A DNA stretch of 64,000 nt from Mytilus edulis (taxonomy: Eukaryota). The notes below the pieces were generated by a model. That model was not told where the DNA came from. It did not search any database and was given only the letters and a program-made list of their open reading frames with translations. Position 1 is the stretch's first letter; every line of letters starts with the position of its first letter. The position numbers were made by a program, and so were the translations under genes. The DNA is taken from the NCBI RefSeq assembly GCF_963676685.1, contig NC_092346.1, positions 9,300,001 through 9,364,000 on the forward strand. Reading direction: 5' to 3'. This document shows positions 15,301-25,500 of the stretch, one piece after another.

Positions 15301-17384
15301 AAACTATTTTGTAGAATGTATCTACATAAAAAAGTATGCATATCCACAGGATTCGAGTATTCTTCAAATATTCTTAAAATGCCCGGTATTCTGGATTATG
15401 TAACATTTTGGTACTAGCTGCTTATAGAGACCATGGTTTGTCCGGCTATCTCCTGCTACATAGTTTTAGTCATAACTTTGATATTTTGTATAGGAGGTTT
15501 CTACACATATATAAAAGATGTGGGCATCTTCACAGGATTTTTTATTTTTATTTTATACTCTGAAAAGCTAGATATTTGAACTTAGTAACTTTTTTATGTC
15601 TTAAGGTGGTATGGGTGTCTTCCTCCATCTTGGATTGTTAAAAACAGAGAACCAAAGGTCCAGCTTTTCTATTAAGTTAGCAAAATTTGATGCAGAAATG
15701 CAGATATTTTATGTGAATTTTCATTTAAAAGAACCAATTTATAAGAATATAACTTATTAATATTGATATATTTGCAAATAATAAATATTTTTGGTTGTTT
15801 GAAAGAAAGAAAAAAATGGGCATTTTAAGGGGAGGTAACTCTAAAACAGTGCATTTTCTGAAGGATTCTACATGGAATTTTCCTATTTTGTATTTTAGCC
15901 GGAAAAAACGTACGGTGACCCTATCTTTTCTTTTGATATTCTCAAAGCATTGTATGAAAGCTATCTTTTCCTTAAGTATTTAACAATTCTATCATTTTGT
16001 TTAGTTTCTAATCACAAAATTGTGTTTTTTCCTGTATAATCCATACAAAATGTTTCATTTTGTCACGCCCTGTAGCTTGAGAAAATGCACGGTGACCTAT
16101 CATTTTTATTACATTTTTCAACATATATCAATAGATACTACATTTTGGTAAAGTATGAACAAATTCTATCATTTTTATTTTAGACTCCCATACCACCTTA
16201 AAAGTCAGAAAGGGGGATGTTAGATATTCACAAATCGATATTTGGACGTCATTTCCCCCCTTTTTGGAAATTTTGAAAATTGAAAATAATCATGAAAAAA
16301 AGAAAATGTTCTTTTTATCTTCTTTGAACAAGTCAGAACCTTCCGTGACGGTCATTTACAATATAAAGCTTGGCCTACTAATGAAATTATTTTAAATCTT
16401 ATAATCACCTTACAATTGTAATTTCCTAAATCTCACTAAAGTTGCATTTATGAGACATATCAGTTCACCTGCATTGATTTTAATTTCCTTGCAAAAATGT
16501 GTTTAACTTTGAACGAAGTAGATAGTATCGAAGGTTGTTGTTGGACAATATCAACAAAACCGCAACCCAACATCAGAACATAACCAAACGATCGCCATAC
16601 CTTATTGTATCTATGATTGGCAAGTGCTTGCTGTAAACATTGTTGTATAACGGCGCTATAATGTCCCCGAGACTGAGTAGAAAAATAGTCAGAGGATATC
16701 AAAGGGAGACCAACATAATCGTGACACAAACACAAAAAGATTATAAACATGAGTTACAAAACTAATCTACAAAACACTACAGAATAAACTAAAGACTACA
16801 TAAGCATCGGAAGCGACAGCAAGCATATCCTGTTTCAAACGTCAGTTGATAATTATACACAGTTAATATAGAGATGACAGAAGACATGATATAAGAACAA
16901 AAAAGTCATTTCTAGCATCTATAGAGGTCAACACAGGGTCTTCAATACCTATATACTTTCATATAACTTTTATTGGTATGTTTTACAGAGACAATTAATT
17001 GCCTGTGCTTCAGTAATAGGCATGTGTATATAAACAATATATCGAGCTCTAAATCGTTCAGTATAAAAAAAAACGCTGTCTCTTGTGTTTACATATTTGA
17101 TATGTCATCAATACCAAATGGCCCAAATGACATTTGCACACAAATACTGCAAAGACGGCCACTTAAGAAATCCAGGACTTAGGACATGTCATGGACATAT
17201 GACTCAGTTAAACTAGTTTTCGAGATGACAGTCAGTTTGTTAGTTAGACGAATTGTTGAGTTCAGCGGACAATCTCCTAATTTCTACATTTAACAAAAAA
17301 ACAGATTCGCAAATATGTTTTAACTTACCTTGACCATTTCATTGTTTCCATCAACCTTTGCATTCGATTTTTTCCCCTCCCCAT
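284..17384 (-). CDS. Spliced gene, uncharacterised ~233-aa Pro/Arg/Tyr-rich protein; join(17329..17384,7667..7814,5049..5212,1924..2015,1400..1609,284..315)
   Basis: Six exons with GT-AG boundaries and matching phases (2,0,2,1,1) give one 702-nt ORF: MGRGKNRMQRLMETMKWSR-YPSDVYEDDPYG...RINNATQ-TESRLGY...RSQSPDM-NLNRMGRAGGRW...SFVEG-TVKQVDNN...QNKPMDH-QMIQYYFLH*. Parts match ORF-track entries 7643-7840, 1763-2002, 1386-1670 and 284-469. No family recognised. Confidence 0.75.
925..1137. repeat. Intronic minisatellite, ~29-31-bp unit, ~7 copies
   Basis: Unit approximately caatctgaccttgagaacaagtagccgtt. Confidence 0.85.
1400..1609 (-). CDS. Uncharacterised gene, exon 5
   Basis: ttttccag acceptor, GTAAGT donor, open frame. 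Confidence 0.8.
1924..2015 (-). CDS. Uncharacterised gene, exon 4
   Basis: ccgttttag acceptor, AG|GTAATC donor; bridges phase 2 to phase 1. Confidence 0.75.
2410..4920. mobile_element. Non-autonomous foldback-type DNA transposon with long modular TIRs
   Basis: Terminal tatggcaagccgttctcgtcaaaactatgtttaaaccatttttcgagaaattt is exactly inverted at the 4920 end; arms (2410-~2750, ~4497-4920) are arrays of a ~21-bp cacactgagaattgaaaatta unit; both flanks read gtttttt (possible TSD); no transposase ORF. Confidence 0.85.
5049..5212 (-). CDS. Uncharacterised gene, exon 3
   Basis: tattacag acceptor, GTAATG donor, GC-richer open frame TESRLGYNNDFRYSSPPPMRLQRE... Confidence 0.75.
7255..7606. mobile_element. 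MITE with TTAA TSD (Kolobok-like)
   Basis: ttaa|ggatgttcgct ... agcaaacatct|ttaa. Confidence 0.6.
7667..7814 (-). CDS. Uncharacterised gene, exon 2
   Basis: tgtttacag acceptor, CAG|GTAATA donor, Pro-rich open frame. Confidence 0.8.
8373..8437 (-). CDS. Uncharacterised gene, candidate alternative first exon 1c (MMEYDPIHRASSVTYQTTGTFR)
   Basis: ATG-initiated open frame ending CAG|GTAGTG in phase 2, compatible with exon 2. Confidence 0.45.
10250..11075. repeat. Two pairs of degenerate direct repeats (~160 bp and ~190 bp)
   Basis: cagaggca(c/t)ggtccctaca...atttatggcg twice; gaaataaaagga...gttcaatgagagaaca...ttcaataaaacac...cccgaattga twice. Confidence 0.6.
13443..13498 (-). CDS. Uncharacterised gene, alternative first exon 1b (MAGQIRRPYTSYEMRGYDI)
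   Basis: aagATGG Kozak context, GTAAGT donor, phase 2 compatible with exon 2. Confidence 0.65.
14528..14797 (+). mobile_element. Dispersed non-autonomous repeat (class uncertain, possibly Helentron-associated)
   Basis: aagaagatgtggtatgattgccaatgagacaact head; related pieces at ~44255-44298 (-) and ~26478-26505 (-). Confidence 0.5.
15605..16197. mobile_element. Kolobok-like MITE, copy 1
   Basis: TTAA TSD, TIR ggtggtatggg(t/a)gtc; highly similar copy at 53375-53966. Confidence 0.85.
17329..17384 (-). CDS. Uncharacterised gene, alternative first exon 1a (MGRGKNRMQRLMETMKWSR)
   Basis: gtcATGG start, AAG|GTAAGT donor, phase 2. Confidence 0.65.
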
Positions 17385-17879
17385 GACTATAGCACATTTC
17401 TCTAAAACCGACTGTTACCACCAACAAGGCTAGTTAAAATACTGGCGATGACAACTGGATAAAAGGATTGTTCTTTTTATCTTATATCTTGCACACATTA
17501 ATTACAAAATACTTAAATGAACAAGTGTTAATAAACGGTTAAAGGGATTAATTTGAATCGGATATGCATGGAGTGCTTAATTTTATTGATCATTTCCCAA
17601 ATGCAGAACTTGGCTCAAGAAGTAGATTAGTAACTTTGGAATCGATGTGCATATAAAGCCGCACCAGTTTTCGGTTCATAAGATTTGTTGCACTAATTTT
17701 TGGATCAAACAAAGTCTTGATAAAGAAATGTTACCCCAATCTAATCCCAACCGATCGCTCGTCGCTCCTGTTCACGCGACATATCAGAAAACAGTAGCGA
17801 TGAGGGTTTTTAATTATGTTGTGTTTCCCCGTATGTGAAAAGTTTCATTGAATCTAAACGGACAGCACGGCTTATTTCT

Positions 17880-18225
17880 AATAAAATTGAGAATAGAAAT
17901 GGGGAATATGTCAATGAGCAGACAACAGCCGAAGGCCAGCAATGGGTATTCAACGCATCGAGAAAATCCCACACCCGTAGGTGGTTCTCAACTGGCCTCT
18001 AAATAAATGTGTACGTATTAGTTCAGTGAAAGTGGACGTCACACTAAACCCCAAAACATATAAATAAACTAAAATTAAAAAACCATACAAGACTTACATG
18101 ACTTATACAAAACCCAGACTTGGGACAGACGCAAAAATTCGGCGGTGTTTAAAATGTTTGTGAGATCTCGTGATATAACTCTACTAGTCAATGTAGAATA
18201 AAAAAACACATATAGCAATAAACAT
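17880..18225 (+). mobile_element. Dispersed repeat with ataaaattgagaat(g/a)gaaatggggaat head
   Basis: Same head at 7156, 57055 and 25131(-); the 57055-57260 copy is an insertion absent from paralogous duplicates. Confidence 0.6.
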
Positions 18226-18299
18226 ATAACGAAATTATGAACTTTATATAAAGATAGCGATTTTGATATGTTGACATATTTTGAGGACAGTATCGTTAT

Positions 18300-19005
18300 C
18301 AAGCCCATGGGGAACGAGATAGTGGACCAGTTAGCAAAAGATGCAGCACAGCTAGGAGGCCTCAAATCTAAATGACCAGTACAACGTCATAACAATGTCT
18401 GGTGTGAAAAGTGCAGTGAAGATGTCAACCAAACTAAAATGGCAAAGTAGATGGACTAGAAGTGAAACTGGGAGACAACTACACGAATTAGTTCCTATTG
18501 TAGGCAAGACTCATCAACTTGATAACCCGAACCCATATATTGCGGGAGAATAATGTCTGAATTCAGAACCGCCTACAATAGGCTAAATAAATATCACCGG
18601 ATGATCAGATAGGCCAATCCCTCACGCCATACTGTGAATGTGGTGAAGAGGAAAACACTGAACATTATTTAACTGTCCGATATACCACCAGGAAAGAGAA
18701 GAAATGGAAAGACAACAGGAAATACTAAACATCAAAATAGATCTTCAAACTCTATTAGCACTAGCAAATAAGGAGACATACAAAAGAACAGCAGATATTA
18801 TTGAAGAGTATGTAAAAAGTTCTGAGGGCGACATAAAGATTCATTTATCCCTGAAACCCCCCGATCCTGCGTCTAAAAAAAATAACAAATACACTACCGT
18901 GTGAAAATACTAACCGAGAAATTTAGTACCAGGATGAAATAATCCAGCGCAAAGAGTTGTGTCATAGTATTGACCTTTGGATCAGGACAACTGAAGTCGA
19001 CGAAA
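18300..19005 (+). mobile_element. 5'-truncated, decayed non-LTR retrotransposon (I/Nimb-like) 3' end
   Basis: RNase H C-terminal motif GNEIVDQLAKDAA, then KWQSRWTRSETGRQLHELVP and zinc knuckle PYCECGEEE..EHY..CPIYHQER, with frameshifts. Confidence 0.7.
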
Positions 19006-19245
19006 CATTTTTTCCTTTTTCTTTTCCAAAAAATATATATTGTTTAATTGCTGCATCATTACTATTAGTATACTAGTTGTATATGGGCCGTTGTCAATTA
19101 TTGTAATTGAGTTTGTGCCAATAAAATATTTGTATTTGTATTTGTATAAAAATATATCATCTGATATTTTAATACAAATTTATTGGGTAATTTTGAACAT
19201 TTAATTTTTATAAAGTTGACAAAATATTTATAGCATAGTATGATA

Positions 19246-19365
19246 TAGCTGCGGAACCGTAACTCTTATAGTCCTTTTTTTTTTTTTTTTACTTTTCGGA
19301 CCATCTATGGTCCGCAAATAGTCAAAAAATAACATAAGGACCTAAGAGCTACGGTTCCGCAGCTA
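19246..19365. mobile_element. 120-bp MITE with TAG termini and 9-bp TSD (Academ-like)
   Basis: TIR tagctgcggaaccgta / tacggttccgcagcta; flanks agtatgata / agtatgaca. Confidence 0.75.
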
Positions 19366-19532
19366 AGTATGACAAGCGTACACTATGATTCCTTGACCTT
19401 TCAAAACCGAATAAAATCTGTAAAAAAAAATTATAAACCTCCTCGAATTCCGTGGCAAAAAACTTGCTTACTTCCAGTTTTGTTCCGAGTTTTAGAAAAT
19501 GAAGTATTATCTCCCCTTGTACAACAAAATTT

Positions 19533-19540
19533 GCGGGAAA
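19533..19540 (+). promoter_or_regulatory. Candidate E2F site in NAA40 proximal promoter
   Basis: GCGGGAAA (TTTCCCGC) ~55 bp upstream of the ATG; motif match only. Confidence 0.4.
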
Positions 19541-19592
19541 TCACAGTGCCAGTTGACAAACTTAAACTAATAACACGCTTAAACAGTTAAAA

Positions 19593-19598
19593 ATGGGT
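19593..19598 (+). CDS. NAA40: NAA40 exon 1 (MG)
   Basis: aaaATGGGT|GTAAGT. Confidence 0.85.
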
Positions 19599-22500
19599 GT
19601 AAGTTTAATAATCAATATCGTTTCAAAGCTTTTGAGATGAAATAATGTTGACCTCGTTGTAAACAGTACATTCTTCTTCCTTGTATAACTAGAATGTGTG
19701 GACATCAGGCCAAAATGAAACAAAAAATAATTTCTCATTGATACATCGTATCTTTGGGCTGGGACTAATACTATTATGCTTGTAATGTTGTCCCAGGTTT
19801 AATGTTCCCTTCTTAAAAATAGGTCAGGAATAACCACCGATTGATGTATGACATATATTGGTATAGACCAATTGACGGGTATGAAAAAAATGATTAAAAC
19901 TAAAAGCTAGAGATACTCAATTTTAAAGTGCAATTTAACGTTGAAAATACATGTCATGTACATGTATGCAAGTTCTTAAAAACAATAAATTAAAAGTGCA
20001 TGTTATTATTTAAAAGGTAGCTAACTCTATTATGCCATATCTTCTAATTTAAAAGGAAAACTGCAATATGGGAACTTAGTTCTGGCAAGTTATAAAATGA
20101 AATAACAGGAATAGGGAATGTTCACTTAGATTAGGCAATGGAAAAACTAATGTAGGGGGTGCTTTTATTTTGTAGCTGAGTTTATCAATGTCATGAATGT
20201 TAAGATTTTTTTCAGAGAAAATCAGATAAGTCAAAAGAAAAGAAGAAACAGAGAAAAGAGGTAACTTTTTCTTATGTGTATCAGTAAATTCAATGCAGTA
20301 TCGGGATCGTTCACCCTGATTACATGTTTTGCCCTAGGTTCGTTTGCACTGAGTTTGTTCGCCCTGGTAATCCGTTTGCCCTGGGTTCGTTCCACTATTT
20401 AATATTTATGATATGTATATGTTACATTAATGAAAGAAATATATATTTATATATATTAAAATTTTTTATTGCTGATTAGGTATGATTTGAAATCTTTGAT
20501 ATCACTGATTGGTATATGAATAATATTATTGAGGACTAGTAAATTTAAATATTTACTGTCCAGTGGACTAGTACCCTCAAAAGTTTTTGGTGCAGACTGT
20601 GAATTGCCTTTGATGGATTAATAATGAAAATAACATTTTTCTCAAATAAAATAGTCAGCTTGGATGGGTTAAAACACTGATGTACAAATTGTTAGGCATG
20701 AACTTATAACCTAGTAGCAGCTAGCTGTAGACAACATAATACATCGTAAATATTCGGCGAAATTGTAGACAGACTTCAACAGATTTAATTTAATACACAC
20801 AACACAACACTATACTAAAAAATAAAAATCGTAAATATTCGGCGAAATTGTAGACTGACTTCAACATATTCAATTAAATACACACAACACAACACTATAA
20901 TAAAAAATAAAAATCAGGGCGAACGGTCTCAGGGTGAAACGGAACTAGGGCGAACAGTAACTAGGGCGAACCGAAATCAGGGCGGACGGACCCGGATTCA
21001 TTCAATGCTTACCATGCTTTATTGCTTATTATTACTTTTATACATAGATAGGAAATAGTTTTGTTTTTTGAATTCATATGAAAAATTCTGAAATCACGGA
21101 TAATGCATATATATAGATTTTCAAAACAATAAATTAAAAGTGCATGTTATTATTTAAAAGGTAGCTAACTCTATATATAGCTATTATACCATATCTTCTA
21201 ATTTAAAAGGAAAACTGCAATATGGGTGCTGAAGGAGCCACAATACAATTTTTTGAAATGAAAGTGAATCATCTGTATTATATAGTAATGTTTTTTAGTG
21301 TTTTATTTTCCTGTAATATAATGATTTTCTTTTAGGAATCAGCAAAAATGGTGGTGTCAAGGGCAAAAGTTGATAAAGCAAATAAAGTAAGTAGCATAGA
21401 TAATAATACAGAATTTTGAAAATCTTGAATATAGTGAATTTATTAGAAATCTGAATTTATTTACCATTCATTTATATAATCGATAGGAAATTTAGGATCC
21501 ATTATTGAAGACTGCATGTTTGGGTCAAATGCTTACTTTCTTCTATGATTTGATCCTTGAAATATGAGAATGTAAAACATTAGGCTGGAAACCCCTTTTT
21601 ATGTTTTTTTTTAGATAGTGTGCCCAATTTTAAGTTACCAGGTATATTGTGTAGGTGTAAAAAAAGAAGTAAAATCACAAAAATACTGAACTCAGGAAAA
21701 TCCAATCGGAAAGTCCATAATCACATGGCAAAATAAAATGAAAAAATGTGTAGGTGTCAAATTACCTTTTATCATCATGATCATGTTCTCTTTCACTGTT
21801 CATGATATGTGAAATCATAAATCATACACACATAAAGATTGTCTTATTAATTGGTAAATAAAACAAAAAGCAATATGGGATGAGAAATTGCAGTGATCAG
21901 TGGAATAATAAATTATGATTATTTTATATACATCATTATCTCCAAAGCTCTGAATAAATGGTAGGAAATCTACAAATACAAAAGTGTTCAATCAGAAACA
22001 CAGATAATTCTATTTGATCACATATCATGAATGCAAAATATATGTGTTGATCTAATTGGTGAATTTTTCTCGATAAGATATATATATCATATGTCATGTA
22101 TGTAGGAAAACGGCATAACTCAAGGTAAATGCAAATAATATGCACCAAGTTAAGAAAAGAATTTATCAGTTGTTTAACTTTATATCTTGTAGTAGTTCTT
22201 ATTTTCATAAAATTGTTTTTATATATAATTTTTTTCTAATATAGGTGCCAGACCCTATGGATTTTGTGAAACCATTCAGAAAATTTGACAGAAATGGGTA
22301 AATTAATTAATTTAAAAGATTTGTATTATTTCTTTAGAAGACATTAATTTTTGCATCCCATTTATTAAATTAAGCCACCAAAATTTTATTTCTTATTTCT
22401 GTTGTACTATTTATATAGTTTCAGCCTCATTTTAATGTCTTATTCCACTTCATAGTTTTGCCAAACAACCTGTTGTCTTTACTTTGATCTCAATTTGCTT

Positions 22501-25500
22501 TTTTATTTCTTTTGCATAACTCAAAAATTTAAAGAAGGAATATTGCATACATTATATTCTACTCATACATTTGCCAAGAAAAATGAAACCGGCTACTTGA
22601 ACAATTTAAAAAAAAAAAGCCAGATCTAATATACAATTGTTTACCTGCATGTACCGGTATACCAAACTAACATAAGACATGTAGATAGATATACAAAAAA
22701 ACACAGACAGTGATATTGTTTGCCTTAAATTACTGGAGAATAAAGGCTTTTTCCCCTGGAGAAAAATCCCAATTTAAAAAAAAAATGGCTTAAAATTATT
22801 CCCAAAAAAACTTTTTTTCCCAAACAGTGCAGTCAAGTATTAATTGTGAATACAAACTGAAAAACACTCATTTAAACATTTTTAATGCCTAAAAATGGCT
22901 ATATATACAGATTTGAGGGTCTATTTATGTATCATCACTGACAATAAGGGCTCTTATTTCAAATGAGGGTTTACCTCTTGAAAGGGGATCTGCAATTTGA
23001 AGTTCCAGTCAAATTCATGGTTTATTATAAATTTCCCAATTTGATACAAATGACGCATATTTTCCCAATAAAAAAGGATAGAGGTAGTTTTGAAAAAAGC
23101 CAACAATATCACTGACAGAACTCTAAATTCTAATTGAAACCATTGTCTTTGATATTAAAAATAGTAAAATTTTGCGAGTGTTCCATAGAAACTTGTATAA
23201 TACATGTATGGCACAATTGTTTGTATTCAGTATGAGGAATAAAATAAATACTGGGTGTTCATCTGTCCTTTCATTCCTGTATATACAGTTGAAAGTAAAA
23301 TTTCTAATAGTATTCTAGTCTGTGCCAAACTGTTTTAGGGTTTGTCTGACCGAAAGAGAAATTTGTATTTTTCTACTATATATTTAACCAAAATATCTTC
23401 AAATTTCTGTCTGTTTGAACGAGTTTTTGTCTGACATTTTGTCAGTCAGACAGAAATTGGGATACACTGGTATTCTATTTTTTTCTGAATAAATGAACAG
23501 ATTTTCCTGCAAATTGCTTTTGAAACAAAACTTAAAAGGCATAAAGGTTTTAATAATATTTGCTTTGAATGGTATAGTTTTAGGAATACTAAGAATAACC
23601 TTAATGTACAGTCAAATCTGTCTATGCCAAATGGAAGTATTTGGCTTATCTTAGATTCAACTCATCCGAGTTTGAGACAACTTGCTTCCACTTTAGTCAT
23701 GGTAGTGGTCATTTATTAATTTTATTCTTTTATTTTCAGATTGAGCTTGACCATTGAGTTTAAACGTATAACAGATATGAGTGAAGAAGAAATACAATGG
23801 GCATTTGATCTAACAAAGAAAAATATGCAAACATTGTAAGTTATTAATAGAACATCGTAAACTACAGATCAGGTAGATTTTGTCATGTCTATTTTCCTGC
23901 CAAAGACTGACCAAACAAATTTAACTACAGTTTGAAAAAAAAAATATTGATTATGAAGCTTAAATCATTTAATTCATTGCCAACACTTGGTTTCCATCAT
24001 ATTACATATTTAGAAAGCAAATCGTTTGATTAAGTTTACAACAATCATCTTCAGGGTATCTACTTCAATTTTTTTGTGAAAACACAACTTAACCAGCAAA
24101 CATTTCCACTGTTGGAAAATAAATAGAACATAGGAGTAGCTGTGTTAGGCTTTTGTTTGAAATCTAATTAGTGTTAAAATTATCAGTAAGTATAACCATT
24201 GTTAAAATTATCAGTAAGTCACGATCTATATACCATTTTTTAGAAAACAATCAGGCAAATCCATGTTTAAGTTGTTATCCCTGAAATGTAAATATTTAGC
24301 AAATTTGATAGTTATTTACAATTGTCTAGAAACTGTCTGTGCTAGATGAGAAATGTATATTGCAGGAAACGTGAGCATGAAAAAATCTTGACATAGGTCA
24401 ATATGTCCCAAATGTAAGGAGTTATAAATATGGGGAAAAAATGTAAAATAACAAAAATACTGAACTATGCAGAAAATTCAAAAGGGAAAGTCCGTAATAT
24501 AATGGCAAAATCAAAAGCTCAAACTCATCAATCAAATAGATAACAACTGTCATTAGAAGAATTCTCTGTCTTGAAAGAATTAAAGTGCATTTCTAACAGC
24601 TAATCTGAAGTTGTACTTACTTTACAGATATGAAGAAAGTGAATGGGGATGGAAAGATAAGGACAAGAGAGAAGAAATGACGGAAGACAAAGCACTGTAT
24701 CTGATAGCAAGAGATACTAATAGTAAACCTGTAGCATTTACACATTTTAGATTTGATATAGAAATTGATGAAGAAGTTCTATATTGGTAAGAGCAAATCA
24801 GGGATGGGGTTAATTCGTAATCGGTTGTTATTGATTACATTTTTTTTTCAGTAATTGACAGTAATCTGTAACAGAAGACATTTTTGATTTCATGTAATTG
24901 TAAAATAATTTATGGCAGTAAAAACTATGATGTAATCATCAATTACTTTTCTCAGCTAATACTGTTAGTTTATGTTTTTATATGACTGTCTTAGAGGTGA
25001 TACATTATATATAATGTGGTTTGTATACAGGATTTTCTTGCTGTGGACTCATTGTTGGCCATTGGCTGTTTTCTGCTCTTTGGTCGGGTTGTAGTCTCTT
25101 TGACACATTCCCCATTTCCATTCTCAGTTTTATGAGTGTCAACACTTCATACAATAACTCAAAATTGCTGAAACCAATTCTTGAGATATTCATTAACACA
25201 ATATCAGGATTGATGGAAGAAAGATCTCTTTCAAATTTTGTCATACTATCATTATTGTTGTTGGACTCTGCACATAGCAAAATGGACATTTGCACAAATG
25301 TTGTACAAATAAATCAAATGAGTTTGATACTTTAACCTGAAATTTAATTCCAGGCTACAACGCAATCTCTCTTTAAAGTTAGGTGGTAGGTCAGCAACAT
25401 AAAACAATTCTAATTTATTTTTTCAGCTTTCTTAAGTCCTGTTGTATCTACTGTGAATTCCAATTATCGTGGATTGAGGAAAACTTGCATGTTCATGGAT

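Noticed and set aside
16460-16750. 96-aa minus-strand ORF or extra exon of the uncharacterised gene
   Set aside because: Splice-like ends exist but the open frame is phase 0; the phase-2 frame needed has stops
17413-17424. RFX X-box upstream of exon 1a
   Set aside because: Only one good half-site (GGTAAC); too weak to support ciliary regulation
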